DNA from: a virus
Lineage: Duplodnaviria; Caudoviricetes
Length of the DNA stretch: 64,000 nucleotides
Strand: one strand, 5' to 3'
Virus record (IMG/VR): IMGVR_UViG_3300012956_000018
Coordinates: 13,091 to 77,090 of that record
Every line of letters begins with the position of its first letter. Within the stretch, counting starts at the first letter, position 1. The notes beneath the pieces were generated by a model. It had not been told where the DNA came from. It saw nothing but the letters and a program-made list of their open reading frames with translations, and made no database searches. Below, one piece after another: positions 8,047-17,405 of the stretch. The position numbers and the translations under genes are program-made.

Positions 8047-9876
8047 ATGACTTTAAGCTATCCTGGACTAGAAGTCCTCGAGACTAACTTAGCCCAGCAA
8101 GTTATTGGACCTGCTAATATAGCAGCTGCTGTAGTAGGCGCTTCTAATCGTGGGCGTATTAACGAGAGAATTTTAGTAACAAATACTAAAGAGTTTCTAA
8201 ATAAGTTTGGCAATCCTGATGCTTCTCTTAGTTACATGCATTATGCAGCTCTGCAATACTTGAGGCAGGGCGATGAATTGTATGTTACTAGAGTAGCAAA
8301 TGCTGCATTGCATGGTGGAGTAGTAATTAATGGTACCGGTGGTAGTACTAATTCTTCTGCATTATCTTCTGGCGTAGTAGACCCGTCTACTTTTTCATTT
8401 TCAGGATTTGCTAATGGGGTATTCGCAGTATTCGCAGATAATCCAGGAGCTTGGGGTAATAGTATATCAGTTAGAATAACTAATGTAAATACTGCAGAAC
8501 TAACATTTGATATTCAAGTATATGAAACTGTTAGCGGTTCGTCAATACTAAGAGAAACTTATACTGTATCTAGGCAATTGAAAACCGATGGATTTGGTAG
8601 ACAATTATTCTTAGAGGATAAGATAAATAATAACTCGGATTATATACGAGTAAAGAATAATGCTAATTTATCTAACACAATACTACCAAGACATAATGTA
8701 GTATCTGATGTTATTGGTACTGGTAATGGTACGAATACTAATTTTACTATAACACTATCTCAACCTAACATTGTTCCTGGATCCGTTACTACTTCAGGTG
8801 GAGGAGAATCTTTTACTGATAATTTTGCCGGAGATATGATAGGATCTTCGGGTAGTACTGGTACTATTAATTATATTACTGGATCTATTTCTCTGATATT
8901 TAATACTCCTCCTGCTAACTTAGCGTCTATTACCGCATCATATGAATATGCTATTGTAGGAACATTTACTCAAGCGTCTAATGGCTCTACAATTACAGAT
9001 GCTCAGTTACTTAGCGGGTGGGATCTATATAATAATACTGAGGAAGTGGATGTCAGATTGCTTATTGATCCTGGCTATACTAGCTTAGCCGTAAAGCAGA
9101 GATTGGTACAGATTGCTGAGACTCGTAAAGATTCTCTGGCTATTATTCATGTACCTACCTCAGAACAAGAAGCATCAAGAGCTGTGATATGGAGAAGAAA
9201 CACATCTGGTATAAATAGTACTTATGCTGCTGCTTATACTTCAGACGTATTAGATTATGATCAGTATAACAGTGTCAACCTATATGTTCCAGTGACTGGA
9301 TATGTGGCTGCTCAGTTCGCTAAGAATTTTGAGAATAATACTGCTGGTAGCGTCCCTGCTGGTACTGATACTACTCTTAATGTACAGTCTCTATATCAGA
9401 CTTATGATTCAGGAGATCAGAGTATACTCTATACTAATCAAGTAAATTATATAAGAAGAAAGCCTGGTACTGGATTTTTAGTATGGGGCAACAGAACCCT
9501 GACTAGTCAAGTATCGCCTCTTAATAGAATTAATGTTAGAATGTTGTTAATTATTATTGAGAGAGGTATAAAGGATTCTCTAGATGATGTAATCTTTAAA
9601 CTGAATAATGAATTTACTAGATTACGTGTGTCTCAGAGGATATCTTCATTTCTGCAACAGTTTGCAGATAGTGGAGATTTAGATACTTCTATAGATAATG
9701 GATTCTTCGTTAAATGCGATGAAGATAATAATCCTCCTGCTGTGAGATAAGCTAATAGATTAGTTGTTGATGTTTATGTAAAGCCGACTTCTGCGGCTGA
9801 GTATATTACAGTTAACGTAATACTTACTGATCAAGGTGCTGATTTTAGTGAGTTAGTATCTAGCCGCACTGCTTAA
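8047..9876 (+). CDS. Contractile tail sheath protein (T4 gp18-like); interrupted by an in-frame TAA at 9748-9750
   Basis: N-terminal YPGLEVLE, VGASNRG, FGNP, WGNRTL and RINVRML motifs. The conserved sheath C-terminus (NRLVVDVYVKPTSAAEYI) follows the TAA in frame to TAA9874-9876. Confidence 0.93.
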
Positions 9877-9894
9877 TATTGGAGATAATTTAGT

Positions 9895-10389
9895 ATGATT
9901 ACACTGAATGATGTTCGTGGAGCATCTAATCCATTAAGAAGTTATAATTATGAATTCATCATCCCTACTATTCCAGTAGCTGGTAATACTGATGTAATGA
10001 GAATGCTAGTTACGTCAGCATCTATCCCAGGATTTTCAGTAGATACATTTGAATCTAATCACTTCGGATTTACTTTAAAGCATACAGGTAAGGGAGATTA
10101 TCCTAGAACTGTAGCTATAACCTATGAAGAAAATAACGATCTAACTATATATACTACTCTTAGAGCATGGAGAGAAATTTTATTCAATTCTATTCTAGGG
10201 ACTCAAATAGAAGCTAAGACCGTAGGTATATTAAAATTACTAGATCTTAATAGAAAGACAATCAGTCAAATAACATTTGCTGGTTTATTTCTTCAGTCTG
10301 TTAGTGATGTGCCATTAAGAGGAGACACCTCGTCTGCAGTATCTATATCTGCAACTTTTTCTTATGATATTCATGCAATGACACCATAA
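9895..10389 (+). CDS. Tail tube protein (T4 gp19-like)
   Basis: 164 aa directly after the sheath; SASIPG, LRAW, FP/FL..V.DV.L and V..SATFSYD tube pattern. Confidence 0.85.
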   Translation: MITLNDVRGASNPLRSYNYEFIIPTIPVAGNTDVMRMLVTSASIPGFSVDTFESNHFGFTLKHTGKGDYPRTVAITYEENNDLTIYTTLRAWREILFNSILGTQIEAKTVGILKLLDLNRKTISQITFAGLFLQSVSDVPLRGDTSSAVSISATFSYDIHAMTP

Positions 10390-10390
10390 A

Positions 10391-11014
10391 ATGTCAGACT
10401 CACCAATCGAAACAGTAGATGTAATAGCTAGAAGGCTAGGACAATTTGTACCTGATAATATATTTTCTCAATTTATAAGATCATTTAGCTTATTACGTAA
10501 TTATAGATGGAGGCTAGTATTTCCATTAGATTTTAATATAAGTCCATATGATATTGAATCAGTAACTGTTCCTATGAGAAATGTAGATAAGAGTAGTTGG
10601 GTTAGGGATGGTAAGACATCATATTATGCTACTGAGCCATCTGATATGGATGAAATGACAGTTACATTATATGAACATAGTGATGCTAGAGTAATAAAGC
10701 AGATATATGCATGGAAAGGATTGATACAGAATAGTGATGGTACTTTCAATTACCCATATGTATATCAGAGAGATTTAATATTACAGCTAGTAAGTCCTAT
10801 TAATATAGAGATGTTGAGTATTAAGATAAAAAATGCTTGGCCTTCTACTACTAGAATAGGCCAATTTTCTTATTCAGCATCTAGTGAAATAGTAAAAGTT
10901 ACTCAGTCATTTGTTGTTAATGATATATCGTTAGATAGTAAAGACGCCTCTATAAAGAGTGCAATAAGCTCATTACTTAGTAAGTTTAGTAATACATTTA
11001 GTAGATTAGGTTAA
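10391..11014 (+). CDS. Tube-like baseplate-tail tube initiator (gp54-like)
   Basis: Second tube fold (MTVTLYE, AWKGLI, NAWP..IGQFSYS..SEIVKVTQSF). Confidence 0.7.
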   Translation: MSDSPIETVDVIARRLGQFVPDNIFSQFIRSFSLLRNYRWRLVFPLDFNISPYDIESVTVPMRNVDKSSWVRDGKTSYYATEPSDMDEMTVTLYEHSDARVIKQIYAWKGLIQNSDGTFNYPYVYQRDLILQLVSPINIEMLSIKIKNAWPSTTRIGQFSYSASSEIVKVTQSFVVNDISLDSKDASIKSAISSLLSKFSNTFSRLG

Positions 11015-11033
11015 TTAGTTATGGAAGGTTATT

Positions 11034-11828
11034 ATGTCAGAAAAGAAGTCAACGGAGTTGTGGAGTTCTATATCTCTACCTTCAAAATTCAAGCCTTATA
11101 CTCAGAAAGAGTGCAAAATACGACCACTAAAAGTCGGTGAAGTACGTCAGATTCAATCATCTATAGATGGAACATCTGGTCTATCTATAGCTGAAATAAT
11201 AAGAGATGCTGTAAGCATTCCTGTATTAGATCTTACCCATGGCGATTTCTGGTTTGTATTAGCCTGGCTAAGAATTAATACTTATCGCAATTATCCATTG
11301 TCGCTAGAGTGGAAGTGCAAGAATAAGCACACTAATTCATTAGTAATAGATCTTACTAAGATAAATATAGTAGAATTGTCTAGCGAGTATTCCGAGCCAG
11401 TAATTTTGAAGACAGAGAATAGAAAATTGTCTCTAAGATTACCTAGAGTAGGAGATGAAATTCTAGCTAGAAAATACTTATCAGAAATTAATGATGATGG
11501 GGCATTTACTCAAGAAGATGTAGATCAAGCCTGCCAAGCACTACAGCTAGTAACAGGCCAATCATTATATCATAATCTAGAGGCCCTGAAAGAGATAGAA
11601 GCAGATCCCGATGGCCCAGAAATCATTGTAAAAATAGATTCTCTAAAGACTGTGTTTAGTCATGGGCTGCCTAGGCTATTATCTGATAAATGCAAGGAGT
11701 GTAAGTATCAGGCTTCTGATATTTACTTTCCCTTTCGATTCTCAGACCTTACTCCCAGGATTACCGTCATTAAAGATTTCAGAAGTGATTTATCATTTAG
11801 CGAAACATCTGAATTACCAAGTAAGTGA
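11034..11828 (+). CDS. Baseplate hub/tail assembly chaperone (T4 gp26-like)
   Basis: IRPLKVGE, LAWLRINTY, C..KH and C.EC motifs; lies directly upstream of the tape-measure-like gene. Confidence 0.7.
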   Translation: MSEKKSTELWSSISLPSKFKPYTQKECKIRPLKVGEVRQIQSSIDGTSGLSIAEIIRDAVSIPVLDLTHGDFWFVLAWLRINTYRNYPLSLEWKCKNKHTNSLVIDLTKINIVELSSEYSEPVILKTENRKLSLRLPRVGDEILARKYLSEINDDGAFTQEDVDQACQALQLVTGQSLYHNLEALKEIEADPDGPEIIVKIDSLKTVFSHGLPRLLSDKCKECKYQASDIYFPFRFSDLTPRITVIKDFRSDLSFSETSELPSK

Positions 11829-11910
11829 AGATCATGATTATTCTCTCACATACGAATTATTCGAAATACTAAACGATGACTTGAGAAATCCTGATGGACT
11901 ATCCAGATAA
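11754..11910 (+). CDS. gp51-like short chaperone, overlapping the gp26-like gene in the +1 frame (start uncertain)
   Basis: ISEVIYHLAKHLNYQVSE..YSLTYELFEIL in the ORF 11662..11910 frame; no convincing start of its own. Confidence 0.45.
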
Positions 11911-13345
11911 GAAGCCAATTAAAGAATCAGTAACCAGTATTGATCAGAAGTTAACACAACAAGAAATTCAACCTGAATCTACAAAAGCTACTCCTGAAGT
12001 AATATCTTCTTCATTAGGGGAATTATCAGAAGAAACACGAAATACTAACAAATCAATTAAGTCTCTAGTAACAGTAATAGAAGATAAGACTAAGACAGAT
12101 AATATAGAATCCCACAAGGATAGAGATTCTAGAGAAGAAGATAGAAGCTTATTTAAAAGAGCATTTGATGTAATAGACAGACAGTTATCTATAAAATCTT
12201 CATCATCTTCTCTAATAAATGAAGCTACGGGAGCAGTGGAGACACACGCAGTATCTAGTTTTGGAGCATCATTATTAGGCCCATTTGGAGCTTTACTTGG
12301 GCCTATCTTGGAAAAAGAAGGAATAGGTATAAAAGATGCATACTCTGGACTTAAGAATTTAGTACAAAATACTTCGACATTTATTAAGAAGATGTCGGAC
12401 AAGCAAGATAAGAATGATGTAGTCATCGACGAGCCAGTATCAAATACTCAATCGTCTACTAATCAAATAAACGTATTAAAAGAGCCTACTAAAACCATTG
12501 AAGATTCATCCAGTGATAAAGAATCAAAAGAAAAATCAAATCTTATTTTAGATAATATTCATACTGATATAAATAAGCAGACATCAGTTATATTCGAATC
12601 AATAAAAACTAATAAAGAGATTCAAGATAAAATAGTAATTAATGAAAAAGAGTCTTCAGCAAAACTGCAAAATATAATAGAAGAATTAAAAGATAGTAAG
12701 AAAGTATTATCTGATAAGATAACAGGAGTTAAGCATTCAGTTAATAGAGTATGGGAAAGACTGATGATGAACAGTATTTTCCAATTTCTTACGTCTCCTG
12801 TTGGATTAGCTTCTATGGCTATCTTAGGGGCATCAGCTCTAATGCCCTTTATATATGATAAAGTAAAAGAATGGTCTAGTAATATAACTGGTCAAATATC
12901 TAAGACGATCGATGAAAAAGTAGATAGTATCAAACAAGGATTTAAAGATGCAGTAAAGGATTTAAACCCATTTAAAGACAGGAAATCAGAAAGTAAGCAA
13001 GATAAAATAATAGAAAAAAGATCAACAGAATCATCACAATCTAGTACTAGCAACAAAAAGAGCAGTTTACCTTCTACACAGATTCCGTCAGTACCGAGTG
13101 CTAAATCGCCACCTTCGGCATCACTCATCGCTCCAGTACCGACTCCTGCTCCTATTATTCCTGAAATTAAAGATACAATAGATTATAATAAACTGGCTAG
13201 TATCATGGCTTCAAATAATAAGGCAAATACCACATATACTTCTCCACAGGCAGATAATACAAGACCTCAGTTATCTCCTACCGCTATGCCAACAAGACCT
13301 GATGACTTAGGATTAAATTTAGCTAATGCTGGAGTATTAGTATAA
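11894..13345 (+). CDS. Tape measure / baseplate hub protein (gp29-like)
   Basis: Helical coiled-coil, Gly/Ala-rich hydrophobic patches and a Ser/Pro-rich linker; canonical position. Confidence 0.65.
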   Translation: MDYPDKKPIKESVTSIDQKLTQQEIQPESTKATPEVISSSLGELSEETRNTNKSIKSLVTVIEDKTKTDNIESHKDRDSREEDRSLFKRAFDVIDRQLSIKSSSSSLINEATGAVETHAVSSFGASLLGPFGALLGPILEKEGIGIKDAYSGLKNLVQNTSTFIKKMSDKQDKNDVVIDEPVSNTQSSTNQINVLKEPTKTIEDSSSDKESKEKSNLILDNIHTDINKQTSVIFESIKTNKEIQDKIVINEKESSAKLQNIIEELKDSKKVLSDKITGVKHSVNRVWERLMMNSIFQFLTSPVGLASMAILGASALMPFIYDKVKEWSSNITGQISKTIDEKVDSIKQGFKDAVKDLNPFKDRKSESKQDKIIEKRSTESSQSSTSNKKSSLPSTQIPSVPSAKSPPSASLIAPVPTPAPIIPEIKDTIDYNKLASIMASNNKANTTYTSPQADNTRPQLSPTAMPTRPDDLGLNLANAGVLV

Positions 13346-14091
13346 TGAGTATAGAAAAATTAGGGCCATATGATATTATTGTGGAAATAAATAACGACCC
13401 TAGTCAAACTGTTGTAGGCAAATTACCAGTAAATTTTGATTTTGAAGTAGCTTCTTCTTGGTCATCTCCATTTGCATCTTTTGGTCATGGTACGTTTGGA
13501 AATATATTAGCTCTAGGAGGTATATCTTTAAAATTCCAAGCTGCATCTGTTCAAGTGTGGGAAGGTAGTGCTCCTATCAATATAAGATTACCTATAGAAT
13601 TCTTTGCTACAGGTAAGAAGAAACCTGGTATTAATGGAGTATCGAAATCAGGAGCTTGGGATGAAGTAGTTACTCCAATAATCAGATTAATGAAGCTAGC
13701 TGCACCTACTCTAAGAGATGCAAATGGAGCAGCCATGTATGATCCTCCTGGGCCTAATGTTGATTTTGGCAAATTAGCTGCTGATATTGTTAAGGAAATT
13801 GGCTTGGACTCTGCATCAGACTTTATTCGTAAGAGAACATCTACCGGTACTGGAGACGACATTGTTTTATATTTAGGTAAATTTGCTGTATTAGATAGAC
13901 TTATAGTAAAGAGTGTAATCCCTAGATGGAGTTCCGTTATGGATCCAGATGGAATTCCTATGAAAGCCTCTGCCGAAGTAACCTTCTCAACATGGATGAC
14001 TCCAGACAGAAATAAAATTGAGAAGTTCTTTAAATTCCCGTCATCGTCTAGTCAGATAAGTGAAGTAGTAACTACTGCGAGAAGAATATAA
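13345..14091 (+). CDS. Baseplate tube-cap protein (gp48-like)
   Basis: Follows the tape measure; tube-like C-terminus (G.P..ASAEVTFST). Confidence 0.6.
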   Translation: MSIEKLGPYDIIVEINNDPSQTVVGKLPVNFDFEVASSWSSPFASFGHGTFGNILALGGISLKFQAASVQVWEGSAPINIRLPIEFFATGKKKPGINGVSKSGAWDEVVTPIIRLMKLAAPTLRDANGAAMYDPPGPNVDFGKLAADIVKEIGLDSASDFIRKRTSTGTGDDIVLYLGKFAVLDRLIVKSVIPRWSSVMDPDGIPMKASAEVTFSTWMTPDRNKIEKFFKFPSSSSQISEVVTTARRI

Positions 14092-14462
14092 TGTCTCTAC
14101 CTAAATATAATAGAAGAGATTTCTTTAATAAGACCACAGTTAATGATAGACTAGAACTAGATTTATTATCATTTAAGTGGATAGATTTTTCTAGATACTA
14201 TAATAGAAGTAGAGTAAGAGTACATAAAGTGATGCAGCATGAAGAAGGAAGACTATGGCTGATATCTGAAAAGTATTATAATACCTATACTATGTATTGG
14301 CTGATAGCGCTAGTTAACGGTATTTTAAATCCAGCTAAAGATGTAGTAGCAGGATTAGATTTAACTATACCATCTATTGTAGATATAGACTCTTATTATC
14401 AATCTATTAGATCTGCTAGCAGAAAACAGTTATCAGTGCAAATTACTAAGCCTGTGATATGA
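14091..14462 (+). CDS. Baseplate wedge protein, LysM-like (gp53-like)
   Basis: RLWLISEKYYNT..MYWLIALVNGILNP...G..LTIP LysM-type pattern. Confidence 0.8.
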   Translation: MSLPKYNRRDFFNKTTVNDRLELDLLSFKWIDFSRYYNRSRVRVHKVMQHEEGRLWLISEKYYNTYTMYWLIALVNGILNPAKDVVAGLDLTIPSIVDIDSYYQSIRSASRKQLSVQITKPVI

Positions 14463-15643
14463 GTATTTCTGGTCAATATAATATTTCGCTAAAGATTAAT
14501 GAGGAAAAATATGATCTACTTCTATCTAGTGTCAGACACTTAGCTATATTTGAAAACGCTAGTGATTTGCTACCTACTTTAGAAATGCAGCTAGTAGATC
14601 CAATTTATGATAGAAATTTAATACCAATATATGATGGATCTATCATAGAAATATCTCTGACTCCTACAGTAGATCAAAGTCAAGAAAATAAATCTTCTGG
14701 TATGGAAGAGGGATCTGATACCTGGATGTCATTTAGAGTATTTAAATGTGAAATAGTTACTGAATCAAATGTAGATATATTAAATATTTTGGCTTATTAT
14801 AATTCTCCTGAATATTTTTCAATAGCCGCATTTGATTATTATGAAGGATCATCATCTTCAGTAGCTGAGAAAATAGCTACTAAATGTAATTTAAAGTTTG
14901 ATGGGGATACTTCTAATGATACTCAGATATGGTACCAAGCAGGGCAGACATCTGGCGCATTTCTTCATGAAGTAGCTCGTCATGCTTGGAAAGATAATAA
15001 TTCTTGTTTTGTAAATTGTGTAACTAAAGACGGAGTATTAAAATTCTTTAATTTAGGAGACAGAATTAAATCATCACCGGTATGGGATTTCATTAATACT
15101 AATGTGATGTTTATACCTCTTAAAGATAAAGAAGTAGCTGTAACGTCCATGTTGTCTTCTCCTAATTCTGGTACTTTAAATAGATGGAGAGGATACGGAG
15201 TAGTCTCTGGTAATGAGAATTTTATTAGTGGGGAGTATAATTCTGTACATGTAGATAATATTCAGAAATCTACCGAGAAATTGGCTATTAATAAAGATTT
15301 AGCTAAACCTACGCGATATGAAGTCGGACCTATAGATATAGGAAATACTCATAAGAATTACTTTAAGTCATATAATCAGAATATCAGATTGTTGTCTACA
15401 TTTTCAGATACTATTAAAGTAATTACTAATAGGCCTAAAAAGATTGCTTTATTAGATAGAGTAATGTTTAAAGAACAGAAAGATACTCCTGGATCACTAA
15501 GAATGAATTATTCAGGAGAATATTTTGTTACTCATATAGGCACTTTCCTAATTAATGGAGCTATTACTATTAATTATGGGCTAACTAAAGAAGGTGTCAA
15601 TACTGTTTCTAGTGATTCTGGAGATAGGACTGATTTACTATGA
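14459..15643 (+). CDS. Baseplate hub protein (gp27/gpD-like)
   Basis: 394 aa between the gp53-like and spike genes; YSGEYFVTHI C-terminal motif. Confidence 0.7.
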   Translation: MSISGQYNISLKINEEKYDLLLSSVRHLAIFENASDLLPTLEMQLVDPIYDRNLIPIYDGSIIEISLTPTVDQSQENKSSGMEEGSDTWMSFRVFKCEIVTESNVDILNILAYYNSPEYFSIAAFDYYEGSSSSVAEKIATKCNLKFDGDTSNDTQIWYQAGQTSGAFLHEVARHAWKDNNSCFVNCVTKDGVLKFFNLGDRIKSSPVWDFINTNVMFIPLKDKEVAVTSMLSSPNSGTLNRWRGYGVVSGNENFISGEYNSVHVDNIQKSTEKLAINKDLAKPTRYEVGPIDIGNTHKNYFKSYNQNIRLLSTFSDTIKVITNRPKKIALLDRVMFKEQKDTPGSLRMNYSGEYFVTHIGTFLINGAITINYGLTKEGVNTVSSDSGDRTDLL

Positions 15644-16356
15644 GTTTTGTTAGTGCTCCAAGAGATATATTCTCTAGAAAACTGTATGATAAATATATAG
15701 CGGAAGTTGTTGATAATAATGATCCAAAGCAGTTAGGAAGAATTCGTGTAAAGATACTAGAACTTCACGGAACTAAGATACCTAACGACAAACTACCTTG
15801 GGCATCTCCTATATATCCATCTGGCCATGGATCAAAATCTGGATACGGATCTTTAGTCCTGCCTGAAGTAGGTTCTAGAGTATTTGTAGAATTATATAAA
15901 GGAGATATTTACAGTCTATTTTATGTAGGAGCTCCTAGAGAGTTTAATCGTCAAGTATCTTCTCAGCTTTTAGCTAATTATCCATATAATTATGGCTATC
16001 AAGATCCTAAAGGTAATAGGTTAAGAATAAACTTACAAGATAATTCTGTAGAAATCACTCTAGCCAACGGTACAGTCGTTAATATAAATACAGACGGCAA
16101 TATTTCACTTACTACTCCAGGTACTGTAACAACTAATACTGGAGATCAAGATCACACTGCTTCTCAGTTTACATTTAATGGCCCTGTTCAGATAAATGGT
16201 ACTCTGAATGTTTCAGATAATATAACTGGGGCAGCTGAAGTAGCCGATTTAGATGGAACAATGACTGAGATGAGGACAACTTATAATTCTCATACTCACG
16301 GAGGAGTTGATAGTGGATCTTCTAACACCAACTCACCTAATCAGGGGATGACATGA
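15640..16356 (+). CDS. Baseplate central spike (gp5/gpV-like OB domain plus beta-helix with HxH apex)
   Basis: VVDNNDPKQLGRIRV, LPWA, PEVGSRVFV..GD OB-domain motifs; C-terminal NSHTHGGV. Confidence 0.9.
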   Translation: MSFVSAPRDIFSRKLYDKYIAEVVDNNDPKQLGRIRVKILELHGTKIPNDKLPWASPIYPSGHGSKSGYGSLVLPEVGSRVFVELYKGDIYSLFYVGAPREFNRQVSSQLLANYPYNYGYQDPKGNRLRINLQDNSVEITLANGTVVNINTDGNISLTTPGTVTTNTGDQDHTASQFTFNGPVQINGTLNVSDNITGAAEVADLDGTMTEMRTTYNSHTHGGVDSGSSNTNSPNQGMT

Positions 16357-16538
16357 CTTCGAGTAATTATACTGCTGGGCATATTGCATATTGGGATTCT
16401 AAATTTCCTATACCGGATGGATTTATCAAATGTCAGATTCCTAGAGTTGTTGATTCTCTAGCTTCTAGTATTGGCCAAAATAAGCTACCAAAGGATACGA
16501 TAGCTATTATTAAAACTTCTCCTGATAAGAAATTATGA
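16353..16538 (+). CDS. Hypothetical protein resembling a tail-collar fragment
   Basis: AGHIAYWDSKFPIPDGFIKC resembles the collar motif (G.I..W....P.GW..C). Confidence 0.4.
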   Translation: MTSSNYTAGHIAYWDSKFPIPDGFIKCQIPRVVDSLASSIGQNKLPKDTIAIIKTSPDKKL

Positions 16539-16539
16539 C

Positions 16540-16758
16540 ATGTACTCTACTATAGAAGAACTACAAAAGAAATTTAGATCTGTTAATATTGATATGATTA
16601 TAGGAGATGAAGTAGGATTCAGAAGAGCACTTATTTACGGCAAGGAAGCTACATGGTCAGATTGTGGCCCTAGTTGGAGATATGCAATATATAAAGGGAA
16701 AGTATGGGCATGTAAAGGAGTACAGAACATCAAGTATAAACGGAAAAGAGTAGCTTAG
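16540..16758 (+). CDS. Hypothetical protein
   Basis: 72-aa ORF, tightly packed. Confidence 0.55.
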   Translation: MYSTIEELQKKFRSVNIDMIIGDEVGFRRALIYGKEATWSDCGPSWRYAIYKGKVWACKGVQNIKYKRKRVA

Positions 16759-16759
16759 T

Positions 16760-16939
16760 ATGATTAAGAAAGATAGCTATATTCAAAAGTTAATATCATC
16801 CATAAAAAATACTTTCTCGGACAATAGTACAGACTTGTCCTTCCTAAAGAAGACGTCATGTCAACCGAATATAGATAGAGCTCGTGAGAAGCTGTATAAG
16901 CCGTTTAAGGATAAGCCCGGCCAGCCCCCGAGGGGCTGA
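16760..16939 (+). CDS. Hypothetical 59-aa protein (not in the ORF track)
   Basis: ATG16760 one base after the previous stop; MIKKDSYIQK...PGQPPRG then TGA. Confidence 0.45.
   Translation: MIKKDSYIQKLISSIKNTFSDNSTDLSFLKKTSCQPNIDRAREKLYKPFKDKPGQPPRG
16922..16938. terminator. GC-rich hairpin (7-bp stem), possible terminator or processing site
   Basis: CAGCCCC-CGA-GGGGCTG; no U-tract follows. Confidence 0.3.
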
Positions 16940-17009
16940 TGTCTAAGCACCGTAGGAAACTTGTTAGAGTGTTTAAGAGCGTATTACCCTCTGCTTCGGA
17001 ACCTTACTT

Positions 17010-17405
17010 ATGGCGAATTCTACTGTATTGTTTTCAGATATAAACCCTGAATTTAGGAATAAGAGCGCGAAACCTGAGCTCTTATTTGGAGAAGATTCAG
17101 TAAATAATTCTATAAGAAATATTTTAATGATCTCTCAGAACGAGAGATTCATGTTTAGTGAATTTGGATCGAAAATACAAGATTATATATTTCAACCTAT
17201 GGGCCCAGGTATAGAGTTGAGACTGTTAAACCATATTATTAAAATAATTAATAGATGGGATCCTCGAGTGATTATTGATGAAAGTAGATCTTCAATAACA
17301 GGATATCCTAATAAGAACAGTTGGGAAATTATGTTAGTATATAGTATAGCCAATACCAGTTTAATTGGTATTTATCAAGATATAATAAAGAGTAGAGAAC
17401 TATGA
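17010..17405 (+). CDS. Baseplate wedge protein gp25/gpW-like
   Basis: SIRNILM...ER....EFGS.I...IFQP and IINRWDPRV motifs. Confidence 0.9.
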   Translation: MANSTVLFSDINPEFRNKSAKPELLFGEDSVNNSIRNILMISQNERFMFSEFGSKIQDYIFQPMGPGIELRLLNHIIKIINRWDPRVIIDESRSSITGYPNKNSWEIMLVYSIANTSLIGIYQDIIKSREL

